Origin: Nitrospirota bacterium
GTDB lineage: Bacteria > Nitrospirota > UBA9217
Direction: 5' to 3'
Assembly: GCA_963845065.1 (NCBI GenBank)
Contig: CAWJQQ010000009.1
Span: forward strand, 320,001 to 384,000
Length of the DNA stretch: 64,000 bases
Part shown: positions 20,313-31,027 of the stretch, in pieces
Layout: each line of letters opens with the position of its first letter
How positions within the stretch are numbered: position 1 is the first letter of the stretch
Notes under the pieces: generated by a model
What the model saw: the letters and a program-made list of their open reading frames with translations, nothing else
Databases searched by the model: none
Told to the model about the DNA's origin: nothing
Program-made: the position numbers and the translations under genes

Positions 20313-21782
20313 TCAAACACTGGCATTTTTAATGGAAGACTTAATCTTGTCTGAACGCGGGTCCAATTTGAGAGCTTTCTGGTAAACTGCTAATGCTTTC
20401 GATTTCAGGCCGTTCTTAATGTAGAAATTGCCCAGCTCAAGTAAATATTCTACGTTTGTCGAGTCCAGCTTTGTTGCTTTAATAAAGAAATCTTCTGCTT
20501 CGTGGCCTCTTCTCGGTATACGCGAAAGCACAAGGCCAAGATGAAAATTGAATTCAGCATTTTCCGGTTCGAGACGCACAGCCCACCTGAAAGGCTCTTC
20601 CGCTCCCCAGAAGTCCTGAGCTTTGTATCGCTTTTTCGCTTCGCGGAACCAGACCTCGGCATTTTTCTTCGCATTCGGCTTCGCCTCTTGTGCGGCCGTT
20701 GAAGCCGCCGCTCTTCTTTCCTGGTTGGTGAGAAATTCGTCATATTGGTCACGCTTTGACTGTTCGCTGAGAATCTCGTAGGCATCGTGGATACTGGAGA
20801 AGAGAACCTCGAGTTTTTCCTTCATGTCGCTCATTTCGAGATCAAAGTGCCGGTCCGGATGGTATAGCTTCGCGTGTTGAAAATACCCTCTCTTGATATC
20901 CTGGACTGAAGCGTTTCTGGCCACGTTGAGCTTCTCGTAATGGTTTTTTCCATTAATACTGTCGTACGCGGATTGTAACATTTTTTTCATTTCCGCAGGA
21001 GCTAATTCAGGCTCAGCAGCGGATCTTTTTTCACGGACTACTTCACTCACGAATTGTTTGTCAACCTCAGCCTTGATCTCTCCTTTTTCCACCATTCGTA
21101 GCGCCAAGAGCACATAAATCGCCTTGAGCGTGTTGAAGTCTCCAATTCCGCTCAGACCGCACAAGGTCTGTATGCTTTTGGTCCCGTCGATAATCGAGAA
21201 CACCTCGCGTTCGCTTTGTTCGAGGTGGGCATTCTGGAAGAGGATCGAAGGGTCCGACGCTGGGCGAATGATCGTGGTGATTGGTGGGAGCGATTTACGA
21301 ACGACCTTCCAATCGAGATTGCTTACTCCCTCGATGATCAGGTCCCCAGTACTGATATGGAGTGGAATGATTTCCGCGACATCTAGGGCACCGTTGTTGA
21401 ACTGGTAATGGCCGTCACGCCAGCCGAACAATTTCAGGATGATTTCCTTGATTTGAAGTTTCACCAGAACAACAAGTTCGTGCGACGTGAGGAGGCCTGC
21501 TTCGAACAAGACGGCGCCCAACTTCTTTCCTGTTTTGGTGACGACTCCCAATGCTTGGTCAAACTGCGCTTTAGTAATTTTCTCTTTGCGCATCAGGAAC
21601 TCACCCAGTTTGTCTTCATCCAGATTTGATGACGCAAAGAGAATATCTCCATCTTTGAAATATACTTTTTTGACCTCGTTTTCGCGAGTAAATATCGCCG
21701 TACCCGTTGTCTTTTCCGTCCGAATATCCTGAAAAAGCCAGGGGAGAGTCATGTCCGTAATATCACTGGCTGCGGGGATCAT
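20313..21782 (-). CDS. DUF4388 + DnaJ J-domain + TPR protein
   Basis: N-terminal KKVYFKDGDILFASS (DUF4388-like), a J-domain with intact YHPDR, and C-terminal TPRs. Confidence 0.85.
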   Translation of the reverse strand: MIPAASDITDMTLPWLFQDIRTEKTTGTAIFTRENEVKKVYFKDGDILFASSNLDEDKLGEFLMRKEKITKAQFDQALGVVTKTGKKLGAVLFEAGLLTSHELVVLVKLQIKEIILKLFGWRDGHYQFNNGALDVAEIIPLHISTGDLIIEGVSNLDWKVVRKSLPPITTIIRPASDPSILFQNAHLEQSEREVFSIIDGTKSIQTLCGLSGIGDFNTLKAIYVLLALRMVEKGEIKAEVDKQFVSEVVREKRSAAEPELAPAEMKKMLQSAYDSINGKNHYEKLNVARNASVQDIKRGYFQHAKLYHPDRHFDLEMSDMKEKLEVLFSSIHDAYEILSEQSKRDQYDEFLTNQERRAAASTAAQEAKPNAKKNAEVWFREAKKRYKAQDFWGAEEPFRWAVRLEPENAEFNFHLGLVLSRIPRRGHEAEDFFIKATKLDSTNVEYLLELGNFYIKNGLKSKALAVYQKALKLDPRSDKIKSSIKNASV

Positions 21783-22004
21783 TCTACACCTCGGATGGAC
21801 TTAATAAGCCTCATGGAAAGATCAATTATAACATTTTTTATTTATTTTGTGCATTATTTTGCATTTTCTCCTAAATGACAAAAAACATGAACTATGGTCT
21901 TGCAGGGTTGACTAACCCCTCTGTTCTCATTATAATAACCACGTACCTTTCCGAAAAAATCGTTTAATCACACTAACAATAAAATTACTTATAAGGACAA
22001 ACGA

Positions 22005-25000
22005 ATGCGTGAAGATATTTTCTTGGGTATTGATATTGGTTCGGTCGCGGTCAAGACCGCGGTTATTAGCAAGAGCGGAAAACTTCTTTCCGAAAATTAT
22101 GTCAGGATCAAGGGAGACCCGCAAAGCACGCTTCTCGATGACCTTCTTGCGATCGCGTCAACATATTCTGGTCACAAGGTCATCTCGGCAGGCATTACCG
22201 GCAGCGGTGGCAAACAAGTAGCCGAGGTCATCGGCGCGGTGTTCATCAATGAGATACTCGCACAGGCGTCTTTTGCCGGCCGCTTTTATCCAGAGGCACG
22301 GACACTCATCGAACTGGGAGGGGAAGATGCTAAGCTCATTAACCTCATCCGGGACGAAACAGCAGGCGTAAAGATCGAGGACTTTTCCATGAACACGGCC
22401 TGCGCCGCAGGCACCGGGTCGTTTCTGGACCAACAGGCTTCTCGCCTCCATCTGACGATCGAAGAGTTCGGCAAAATCGCCCTCAAATCAAAAACTCCCC
22501 CTCGCGTTGCAGGCAGGTGCAGCGTTTTCGCGAAGAGCGACATGATACACTTGCAGCAGATCGCGACCCCTAATTACGACATTGTTGCCGGCCTGTGCTA
22601 TGCCATGGCCCGCAACTTCAAGGCAACGGTCGGAAAGGGTAAGAAGGTCTTTTCACCGGTCCTGTTTCTCGGCGGCGTCGCGGCGAACCCCGGGATGCGC
22701 AGGGCATTCCGTGACGTGCTCAAGTTGTCGGAACGGGAGATGACGGTGCCGGATCATTTCAAAACCTCCGGTGCCATCGGCGCCGCGCTTATGGTTCTGC
22801 AGCAACCTGTGGCGGTTGTTGAGTACCGAGGAGTTGATGCCCTCGCGCGCTTTCTCTCAGCAGACAGCAAACATACCTCGGACGGAATGAGCCCGCTTTC
22901 GAAGCCGGATGGCATCATGCCGAACCCTGATCAAGACACAGTGCTGCAGAGCGGCGTGATGATCGATGCATATCTGGGTGTCGATGTCGGATCAGTCTCA
23001 ACCAATGTCGTCGTGATCGATAAGAACATGCGCGTCCTGTCGAAGCGCTACTTGCCTACGGCAGGAAGGCCGATCGAAGCAGTTAAGCAGGGTTTGGCCG
23101 AAGTGGGAGAAGAGATCGGCGGACGAGTGAAAATCCTCGGCGCCGGCACGACGGGTTCCGGCAGATATCTCACCGGCGACATGATCGGCGCAGATGTGGT
23201 AAGAAACGAGATCACGGCCCAGGCCACCGCCGCTGCAGCAATTGACCAAACCGTGGACACAATTTTTGAAATCGGCGGCCAAGATTCAAAGTACATCTGC
23301 CTGCGTGACGGCGCCGTGGTGGATTTCGAAATGAACAAGGCATGCGCTGCGGGGACAGGTTCGTTCCTTGAAGAGCAGGCGGAGCGGCTCGGCATCCGGA
23401 TCAAACAGGAGTTCGAAGGCAAGGCCTTTTGCTCGGAATCGCCCTGCAAGTTTGGCGAGCGCTGCACCGTGTTCATGGAGTCCGATCTTGTCCACTCCAT
23501 GAACACCGGCTTCGGCGTGGAAGAACTTACAGCTGGGCTTTCATACTCGATCGCCTATAATTATCTGAACAAGGTCGTGGCAGGCAAGCCGGTGGGCAAT
23601 CGGATATTCTTCCAGGGCGGCGTGGCAGCGAACATGGCAGTGGTATCTGCTTTCGAGAAGATTACTGGTAAACACATCACCGTACCGCCGCACCATGAAG
23701 TGACAGGTGCGATCGGCGCAGCCATTCTCGCAATGCGCGGAAGCAGGGGTACAAGCAGTTTCAAGGGTTTTGACCTGAGCAAGCGCGAATACACCATTGC
23801 GACGTTCGAGTGCGCCGAATGCGCGAACCGCTGCGACATCCGCAAGGTGATCTTCGGCAGCGAGAAGCCGCTCTTCTACGGCAGCCGGTGCGAGAAGTAT
23901 GATGTCAAGAGGAAGAGTTCCACTGCTGACACGCTTCCTGATCTTTTTGCGGAGCGCGAAAAAATACAGGAGTCCGCTGTCGCCTCTGCCCTCACAGATG
24001 AAAAGGCACCATCCATAGGCATCCCGCGGATGCTGTACGTAAACGATTACCTTCCGTACTGGCAAACATTTTTTAACCATCTCGGCTTCCGTGTCGTACT
24101 GTCTGAACGGACGAACCGGGTCTTGGTAAACAAAGCGCTCGAGGTAACCGTTGCGGAGACTTGTTTCCCCGCTAAAGTAGGGCTGGGGCATATCCTGGAC
24201 CTTTTGGATAAAAAGGTAGATATGCTTTTTCTTCCGAGCTTCATCAGCTTCCCTGATACCCACAATCAAGCCAACAACGTGCAGGCATGTCCCTATGCCC
24301 AGGCCTTTCCCTATATTTCAAAAGCATCGATTCGGTTTGGAGAGACAAAGACAATTGAGCCGATTCTGTTTCTTCACGATGAGCGCCAGTTCAGTAAAAG
24401 TATGCGGTCCATTGGAAAGATGCTGGGGAAAGGCAGGACAGCAGTGGCGCGCGCGCAGCGAGTCGCCTGGGAGGCGCAGAAGAGCTTCAACAATGCCGTA
24501 GAAGTGCGCGGCAGCAGCGTACTGTCACAGATTAACGCAAACGAAAAGGCATTCATCCTCATCGGCCGCAACTACAACACTTGTGATTCCGGCGTGAACA
24601 TGAACCTGCCATCCAAGATACGGGATCTCGGCGTACAGGCGATTCCCATGGACTATCTTCCACTCCATACGGTGGATCTGTCGGGCGAGGAAGGGATGTA
24701 CTGGCGGTCAGGCCAAAAGATCATCGCGGCGGCTCGATTTATTCGAGAACACCCGAACCTTTTCCCGATCTATATAACAAACTTCGGATGCGGGCCCGAT
24801 TCGTTTATTACCCATTTTTTCAGGCGTGAAATGGCAGGCAAACCTTATCTCCAGCTCGAAATCGATGAACATAGCGCAGACGCCGGGGCCATCACTCGGA
24901 TCGAGGCCTTTCTGGATAGCCTGAGTAGTGCGACGATTAAGAAACGGACCGGTTCTTTTTCCGTTTTGCACAAAAGCGCAGGGAATGGCTCCCTCCATGA

Positions 25001-26177
25001 TAAGAAGGTTTACCTGCCGCCCATGACCGACCATGCCCACGCTCTCGCAGCAGCGTTCAGGTCCTGCGGTGTCCAGGCGGAAGTATTGCCCGAGTCTGAC
25101 GCAGAGACCGTCAGGATCGGCAGAGAGCATAGCTCAGGCCGCGAGTGTTATCCGTTGGCACTCACCACTGGTGATATGATTAAAGCGACGCAGCGTCCGG
25201 GTTTTGATCCGGACAAGAGCGCCTTTTTTATGCCAACTGGCAGGGGACCCTGCAGGTTCGGCCAGTACAACCGCTACCATCGGCAAGTGCTTGACAAGCT
25301 CGGACTCGAGCGAGTGGATATCTTGTCCCCTATGCAAGATGAGTCGCTTCATGACGATGTGAGGGTTTTAGACAAAAATTTTGTGCTCATGAGCTGGCGA
25401 GGTGTCTTCGCAGTCGATATGCTTCAGAAGGCTCATTGGGAGACTCGTCCCTATGAAAAACAGAAAGGGCAATCGGACCGGGTGTATCAGGATACATTGG
25501 GACGCTTGATCGCCGCCATCGAAAAGAGGGAAGACCTCCTGCCGGTGATGCGACAGGCTTACAAAGACTTTATCGCTATCAAGATTAACAAACGGACAAA
25601 GCCCGTGATCGGCGTGGTCGGCGAAATTTATATCCGCTCAAACCGGTTCAGCAACGAGGACGTAGTGGGACAGATCGAAAAGCTCGGAGGAGAAGCATGG
25701 GTCGCGCCAATTTCCGAATGGCTCTTGTATGTCAACACTACGTCAAAGGTGTCGGCCCTGATGAACCGCTCCTGGAGAGAATTGCTGAAAGCATACATCA
25801 CAGGACACTTCCAGCATAAGGAGGAACAGCGGTTCCTGAGTACTTTTAACGGAAATCTTCGGAGCCTGCATGAACCGAGCATTGTCCAGACCTTACGGAC
25901 AGCCCTGCCGTACATTCATCACTCCTTTGAGGGTGAAGCGGTGCTGTCCGTCGGCAAGGCAATCGACTATATTAATCGCGGAGCATCGGGAATCGTGAAT
26001 GTCATGCCCTTCACCTGCATGCCCGGCACCATCGCGACCGCGGTGCTCAAGCGCGTACGAGACGATCATAACAGCGTTCCGCTCCTGAACATAGCCTATG
26101 AAGGTCAAGGCGATTCACAGACTCTCACGCGGCTCGAGGCGTTCATGCACCAAGCAAAGGCTTACAAAAAACGATAA
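22005..26177 (+). CDS. Multidomain acyl-CoA dehydratase activase (two HgdC/BadG ATPase domains + DUF2229-like C-terminus)
   Basis: Duplicated GIDIGS/GVDVGS, ELGGEDAK/EIGGQDSK, MNxxCAAGTGSFL and RCxVF motifs, then CFPAK, FGCGPDSF, IDEH, FTCMP. Confidence 0.92.
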   Translation: MREDIFLGIDIGSVAVKTAVISKSGKLLSENYVRIKGDPQSTLLDDLLAIASTYSGHKVISAGITGSGGKQVAEVIGAVFINEILAQASFAGRFYPEARTLIELGGEDAKLINLIRDETAGVKIEDFSMNTACAAGTGSFLDQQASRLHLTIEEFGKIALKSKTPPRVAGRCSVFAKSDMIHLQQIATPNYDIVAGLCYAMARNFKATVGKGKKVFSPVLFLGGVAANPGMRRAFRDVLKLSEREMTVPDHFKTSGAIGAALMVLQQPVAVVEYRGVDALARFLSADSKHTSDGMSPLSKPDGIMPNPDQDTVLQSGVMIDAYLGVDVGSVSTNVVVIDKNMRVLSKRYLPTAGRPIEAVKQGLAEVGEEIGGRVKILGAGTTGSGRYLTGDMIGADVVRNEITAQATAAAAIDQTVDTIFEIGGQDSKYICLRDGAVVDFEMNKACAAGTGSFLEEQAERLGIRIKQEFEGKAFCSESPCKFGERCTVFMESDLVHSMNTGFGVEELTAGLSYSIAYNYLNKVVAGKPVGNRIFFQGGVAANMAVVSAFEKITGKHITVPPHHEVTGAIGAAILAMRGSRGTSSFKGFDLSKREYTIATFECAECANRCDIRKVIFGSEKPLFYGSRCEKYDVKRKSSTADTLPDLFAEREKIQESAVASALTDEKAPSIGIPRMLYVNDYLPYWQTFFNHLGFRVVLSERTNRVLVNKALEVTVAETCFPAKVGLGHILDLLDKKVDMLFLPSFISFPDTHNQANNVQACPYAQAFPYISKASIRFGETKTIEPILFLHDERQFSKSMRSIGKMLGKGRTAVARAQRVAWEAQKSFNNAVEVRGSSVLSQINANEKAFILIGRNYNTCDSGVNMNLPSKIRDLGVQAIPMDYLPLHTVDLSGEEGMYWRSGQKIIAAARFIREHPNLFPIYITNFGCGPDSFITHFFRREMAGKPYLQLEIDEHSADAGAITRIEAFLDSLSSATIKKRTGSFSVLHKSAGNGSLHDKKVYLPPMTDHAHALAAAFRSCGVQAEVLPESDAETVRIGREHSSGRECYPLALTTGDMIKATQRPGFDPDKSAFFMPTGRGPCRFGQYNRYHRQVLDKLGLERVDILSPMQDESLHDDVRVLDKNFVLMSWRGVFAVDMLQKAHWETRPYEKQKGQSDRVYQDTLGRLIAAIEKREDLLPVMRQAYKDFIAIKINKRTKPVIGVVGEIYIRSNRFSNEDVVGQIEKLGGEAWVAPISEWLLYVNTTSKVSALMNRSWRELLKAYITGHFQHKEEQRFLSTFNGNLRSLHEPSIVQTLRTALPYIHHSFEGEAVLSVGKAIDYINRGASGIVNVMPFTCMPGTIATAVLKRVRDDHNSVPLLNIAYEGQGDSQTLTRLEAFMHQAKAYKKR

Positions 26178-26312
26178 CCTTCGTGATTCAATATCATTTA
26201 TTCGATTGCATAGTTGTGGTATGAGCTTCGTAGTTGCATTGTGTCGAAACTTTCTGCAAACCGGAGGCATCAGTAGTTGAATTACTCAAAGAGGATTATT
26301 TTTATTATCAGC

Positions 26313-26341
26313 TTGACATGGTGAGGAGAAAACGGTATTCT
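26313..26341 (+). promoter_or_regulatory. sigma70 promoter of csp gene
   Basis: TTGACA-17 nt-TATTCT. Confidence 0.7.
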
Positions 26342-26402
26342 TTACCAATCCGCGGATAATTCCCGGACAAATTTCAATTTAAGAAGCAAGAGGAGAAACA
26401 GA

Positions 26403-26603
26403 ATGGCAAATGGTGTAGTGAAGTGGTTCAATAACAGCAAGGGGTTCGGGTTTATTACTCAGGAGAACGGTGAAGATGTATTTGTGCACTTTTCGGCGAT
26501 TTCAGGGGACGGATTCAAATCCTTGAACGAAGGCGATAAAGTGACTTTCGAAGTCGTAAAGGGCCCCAAGGGACTTCAGGCTGCGAACGTAACCAAGGTC
26601 TAA
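26403..26603 (+). CDS. Cold shock protein (CspA family)
   Basis: RNP1 KGFGFI and RNP2 VFVHF; 66 aa. Confidence 0.97.
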   Translation: MANGVVKWFNNSKGFGFITQENGEDVFVHFSAISGDGFKSLNEGDKVTFEVVKGPKGLQAANVTKV

Positions 26604-26632
26604 TAAGCGAAAATAAAATTTATGACAATTCC

Positions 26633-26665
26633 AAAAGCCCTGGATTCATTTCCGGGGCTTTTTTT
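26633..26665 (+). terminator. Rho-independent terminator
   Basis: AAAAGCCCTGGA-ttcatt-TCCGGGGCTTTT followed by T's. Confidence 0.85.
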
Positions 26666-27101
26666 ATTCCTGCCGCGCCCCTCCGAGGATACTTCCGGGA
26701 AGAAGCCCAAAGAATGCACATGATACCAACCCTGATCCTGCACCGACATAAGTCATTTTTTTTGAAATTCAGTATTTCATTTTCCCATCCTCCTTTTCGT
26801 CCTGTCTTGCTAGGGCAATTGCAGCTGATATGCCAAAATATAAGCGGTTGAAATTCTAGGGAACTGCCCGCTTCATTCATTTGCAGAAGTGAGGAAAGGT
26901 GGGAAGTGATTTTTAAGTTTGCAAAGAGAGAAGCTTATTACAGCTCGAAAAATGACTTAAAGAAGAGATGTGATTCTCATGATGTGAGGGAGGGGATACC
27001 TTAACGTATTGGTATTTGCGCGAGTGCCACAGGCCATCACCCGCGAACAGCATCAATGAAGCCTGGTTCGGAAATCCCGGCCTTCAAATCCGGTGAAAGT
27101 A

Positions 27102-28088
27102 TCAACGAGTGAACAGAAGGACGAATTTCTCAAATAACTCGGGATGAAAATGATTTAATAGCTTTTCTTTCATGAGATTGAGCGCATCAAAGGTATTGAG
27201 CCGTTGTTTGTAGGAGCGTTCTGCCGTGAGCGCGTCGTACACGTCTGCAATACAGCAGATACGGCCGTAGGTGTGAATTTCGTCACCCCTGAGCATGCGA
27301 GGATAGCCAGTGCCGTCCTCGCGCTCATGATGCTGCATCACGATGAACATGCACTCTTCCGTGAGCTGGTTGGTTTCCTTCAGGATCAGGTAACCCTGAT
27401 AAGGATGTGACTTCATGGTGGCCATTTCCGCGTCCGTCAGTTTCCCCGGCTTATTAATGATACTCGCGTCGATGCGGACCTTGCCGATATCATGCAGGAA
27501 AAAACCGGCGCCCAGTTCATGCATATTATGGTTATCAGACCTTTTGAATACAGCTTTTGCCAGCATGACAGAAAAAAAACCAACATTTACAGAATGAGTG
27601 TAGGTATAAAAGTCATGGGAAGTGAGCTTGAGGAGTTCTCGAGACGTGGCATCTTCTGCAAGGATCATATCGACGATCTCGGAAATGCCTTTTTTTGCTT
27701 CCCGGATATTCTCTGCCTTCGGATCTTCAAGCAGCCGTTCCACAAGGACACGAGACGACTCGTATACGATTTTTGATTTCTTTTCAGGAGGAAGCGTTTT
27801 GTCCCGGACGGCTTCTCTCAGTTGCGGAGGAATGAGCTTATCGGGCGACCAGGTCTTCGGGGGGGTGTCTGCCGGATTGACGGTACCAGCATTTTGCTGT
27901 TTAATGTCCGGTTTTCCCATATCGGTATCAATAACAAGCTCAGTGATACCATGATCGATGATATTGTCGATCTGGTCCTGGGACTTTATGATAAATTCGC
28001 TTTTTAGAAAAGGATGCTTAAACCATGATCCCGGCAGCACTACGTACATACCGCACTTGAGGTCCTGTGTTTTGATGGTAACCCGCAT
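27102..28088 (-). CDS. HD-GYP c-di-GMP phosphodiesterase (DUF3391-like N-terminus)
   Basis: YTYTHSVNV, LHDIGK, HHEREDGTGYP, IADVYDALT..RSYK. Confidence 0.93.
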   Translation of the reverse strand: MRVTIKTQDLKCGMYVVLPGSWFKHPFLKSEFIIKSQDQIDNIIDHGITELVIDTDMGKPDIKQQNAGTVNPADTPPKTWSPDKLIPPQLREAVRDKTLPPEKKSKIVYESSRVLVERLLEDPKAENIREAKKGISEIVDMILAEDATSRELLKLTSHDFYTYTHSVNVGFFSVMLAKAVFKRSDNHNMHELGAGFFLHDIGKVRIDASIINKPGKLTDAEMATMKSHPYQGYLILKETNQLTEECMFIVMQHHEREDGTGYPRMLRGDEIHTYGRICCIADVYDALTAERSYKQRLNTFDALNLMKEKLLNHFHPELFEKFVLLFTR

Positions 28089-28097
28089 ATGAAATTA

Positions 28098-28106
28098 ATT
28101 ATAACA
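28098..28106 (-). promoter_or_regulatory. Extended -10 promoter of HD-GYP gene
   Basis: TGTTATAAT ends 9 nt before the ATG; no SD sequence. Confidence 0.6.
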
Positions 28107-28115
28107 TACCAGCAT

Positions 28116-28152
28116 TAAATAAAACATGGCACCTTTAGGAAAGGTGCCATGT
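28116..28152 (-). terminator. Terminator after DEAD-box helicase
   Basis: 13-bp inverted repeat ACATGGCACCTTT/AAAGGTGCCATGT followed on the minus strand by TTTATTT. Confidence 0.75.
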
Positions 28153-28177
28153 GAAAAAAGTTTTGAGATTGCTTGGG

Positions 28178-29569
28178 TTATGCCCACCTGTTTTGGCGGC
28201 TTTGTTTTGTTGGGCGGAAGTCAGATTTTTTTCCGCCATCTTTCTTCGCGTACCGCCTGGTGTCTTGAGAGTAACGGTCATCGGCATTCGCCTTGCGATT
28301 TGACTGCACTCCGTAGGGAGCCCGGGCGTAATCGTTCTGCCCGTACTTTCTGCCTGAGTAACCGGGTTTTTTCCACGATGACGTACCCGGCCTGCTGCTC
28401 CCTCCGCTGCTCGTGCGTCGGAGCGGACGAGCAGGTTCCAGTCCTGGAATAACCTGCTGGGGGATCGTCTGGCCGATGTAGCGTTCGATCGAGCGCAGCG
28501 AATCAACTTCTTTCCCGGAGGCAAAGGAGATGGCGATGCCCGAGGCGCCTGCACGGCCCGTACGGCCGATGCGATGAATGTAATCTTCGGCGTTTTTCGG
28601 GAGGTCGTAATTGATCACATGGGTAATGCCGGTTACATCGAGTCCGCGGGCAGCGACGTCTGTTGCTACGAGAAGGCGAATCTTGCCACGTCTCATATTC
28701 ATGATCGTGCGGTTCCGCGCGCCTTGGCTCATGTCTCCATGGAGTGCCGCAGCTGAATGGCCCTGGGCTGAAAGCTCGAGGGCAAGCTGATCGGCGTTCC
28801 TTTTTGTTCCTGAAAAGATGATCGCCCTCGTCATGGCGCTGTCCGAGATCAAATGTTTGAGCATGCGGCTCTTATGTTGCATGTCATCGGCGGCATGAAG
28901 CCGCTGCTCGATTGCTTCGAGCGTGGTTTTCTTTCCTGCTATTTCAATGCGCACCGGTTCTTTCAAAAGGCGTTGAGCGAGCTTCGCCATGGTGTTATCC
29001 ATGGTTGCCGTGAACATGAGCGTTTGACGGTTCGCTGGGGTGGCTCCCGCAATGGTATCTACTGCGTCACTGAATCCCATATCAAGCATGCGATCTGCTT
29101 CATCGAGAATGAGCAATTCTAGCCGGGAAAAGTCTATGCGTCCCCGTTCCATATGGTCGATCAGCCGCCCTGGAGTGGCCACGATCAGGTCTACAGGTTG
29201 CGACAGGAGCCGCTGCTGTTCGAAGTAAGGCATGCCGCCGAGGATTGCGCCGCTCCTGATCCGCATGAATTTCCCGTACGTTTTGACTGCCTCGGTTACC
29301 TGGTTCGCCAGCTCACGTGTTGGTGTGAGCACCAGCACACGCGGCCCTCTTGATTTTTTCAATGATGCCGACGGCACGCTCAAACGCATAAGCGCGGGCA
29401 TCACGAAGGCAGCGGTCTTGCCGGTGCCGGTCTGGGCAGTGGCGATCAAGTCGTGACCCGCGATTGCCTGGGGGATCGCCTCGGCTTGGATCGGCGTTGG
29501 CGTGGTATACCCGCACAGTTTGATTGCTTTGAGAATCGGTTCGTTAAGCTGTAATTTTGAAAAAGACAT
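28178..29569 (-). CDS. DEAD-box RNA helicase (RhlE-like)
   Basis: Q motif, AQTGTGKT, PTRELA, TPGRL, DEAD, TDVAARGLD, HRIGRTGR and a basic C-tail; AAGGAG RBS before ATG 29569. Confidence 0.95.
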   Translation of the reverse strand: MSFSKLQLNEPILKAIKLCGYTTPTPIQAEAIPQAIAGHDLIATAQTGTGKTAAFVMPALMRLSVPSASLKKSRGPRVLVLTPTRELANQVTEAVKTYGKFMRIRSGAILGGMPYFEQQRLLSQPVDLIVATPGRLIDHMERGRIDFSRLELLILDEADRMLDMGFSDAVDTIAGATPANRQTLMFTATMDNTMAKLAQRLLKEPVRIEIAGKKTTLEAIEQRLHAADDMQHKSRMLKHLISDSAMTRAIIFSGTKRNADQLALELSAQGHSAAALHGDMSQGARNRTIMNMRRGKIRLLVATDVAARGLDVTGITHVINYDLPKNAEDYIHRIGRTGRAGASGIAISFASGKEVDSLRSIERYIGQTIPQQVIPGLEPARPLRRTSSGGSSRPGTSSWKKPGYSGRKYGQNDYARAPYGVQSNRKANADDRYSQDTRRYAKKDGGKKSDFRPTKQSRQNRWA

Positions 29570-29913
29570 GATACTCCTTTGATCCCGTACGCCGGAATAT
29601 GAAATCATTCCCGAGGCAGAAATCCCGTTAGAGGTTTGCGTGCGGGCCGCAAGGACACACATGTATCCCTGAGAACGGAGACGACACCAGCACAAATATG
29701 ACCGGCATAACTACATCGTTCGCCAACCATATATGCTGCTGCGATTTCAGAGTGGGAGCTGAAAGCAAAGGGGGTTGATGATCGATGATATGAAGGGCAG
29801 AGAGATTGTGACGTGTACTTGTTTTTCAGTCGAATCCTGCCGCATTGTTAAACAGTCGCCTTCTATATTACAGGCTTTTTTGTAAATAGCAAGCTTTATT
29901 AAATAATAAAGCA

Positions 29914-30918
29914 CTATAGGCGCATGGTAGGTCGGGGATTCAGGTCAAGGCTTGATCGGTCTCCCTGTCTGTAATGAAGGTAACCGGCGAGGGCGATCAT
30001 GGCCGCATTATCAATGCAGTAGAACATGCCGGGAAGATAGATCGTCATGTCTCGTTTTGTCGCCTCTTCGGTTAGCTGCTTCCTTAATGAACTGTTGGCT
30101 GCTACGCCGCCAGCTACGACAATCTTGTCTACACCTGTTTGTGATGCTGCAAGAATGGCCTTATTGACCAAAGTGTCTACGACCGCAGCCTGAAAACTTG
30201 ATGCTACGTCTTTGATATTGAGCTCAGGTGCAATCCCTTTGTCCTTATCAATGAAGAGAGCGATGTGGTTCCTGACTGCGGTCTTGAGACCGCTGAAGCT
30301 GAAGTCATAGCCTTCCCGAAGGCCACGCGGGAATGAAATGGCCGTCGGATTCCCCTCATGCGCGAGCTTGTCAAGGATTGGGCCGCCGGGATATTCAAGG
30401 CCCAAAAGCTTAGCCACCTTGTCATAGGCTTCGCCTGCTGCATCGTCCCGCGTCTGGCCGAGCATCTGATAACTTCCAAGTCCTTTGACGTGATAAAGCG
30501 CAGTATGACCGCCAGATACGAGCAGCGCGATGTATGGATACTCTATATCTGGATATTCGATGTGTGCTGCGAGGATGTGGCCCTCGCCGTGGTGAACGCC
30601 AATGAATGGAATGTTCTGCGCGTAGGCAATGGCTTTTGCCACTGATACTCCTACCAGGAGAGCACCGATAAGTCCCGGGGTATAGGTGACGGCAATGAGG
30701 TTGATGTCCTTGAGCGATATAGATGCGGAAGAAAGCGCCTCGCGAATGATGGGCATCAGGTTTTTCAGGTGTTCGCGCGAAGCGAGTTCAGGTACTACGC
30801 CGCCATATTTCTTGTGGATGTCTATCTGCGAGGACACGATGCTGGACAGTACTTTGTCCTCCCTAAGCACGGCAGCCGCGGTCTCGTCGCATGAGGTCTC
30901 TATTCCTAGGGTATACAT
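29914..30918 (-). CDS. tsaD: tRNA N6-threonylcarbamoyladenosine transferase TsaD
   Basis: GIETSCDET, GGVVPELASREH, HHGEGH, VSGGHT, DDAAGEAYDK, FSFSGLKT, DNAAMI. Confidence 0.98.
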   Translation of the reverse strand: MYTLGIETSCDETAAAVLREDKVLSSIVSSQIDIHKKYGGVVPELASREHLKNLMPIIREALSSASISLKDINLIAVTYTPGLIGALLVGVSVAKAIAYAQNIPFIGVHHGEGHILAAHIEYPDIEYPYIALLVSGGHTALYHVKGLGSYQMLGQTRDDAAGEAYDKVAKLLGLEYPGGPILDKLAHEGNPTAISFPRGLREGYDFSFSGLKTAVRNHIALFIDKDKGIAPELNIKDVASSFQAAVVDTLVNKAILAASQTGVDKIVVAGGVAANSSLRKQLTEEATKRDMTIYLPGMFYCIDNAAMIALAGYLHYRQGDRSSLDLNPRPTMRL

Positions 30919-31027
30919 GGATTTTTCAAAGAAAATTTGTGGTAGAGATACGGGACATGGTTCTATAGGCAGGGTTCAGGAAAAGCTGACTGCCTTGCCC
31001 CTTGACGCTGAACCCCGGGCCCTGTAA

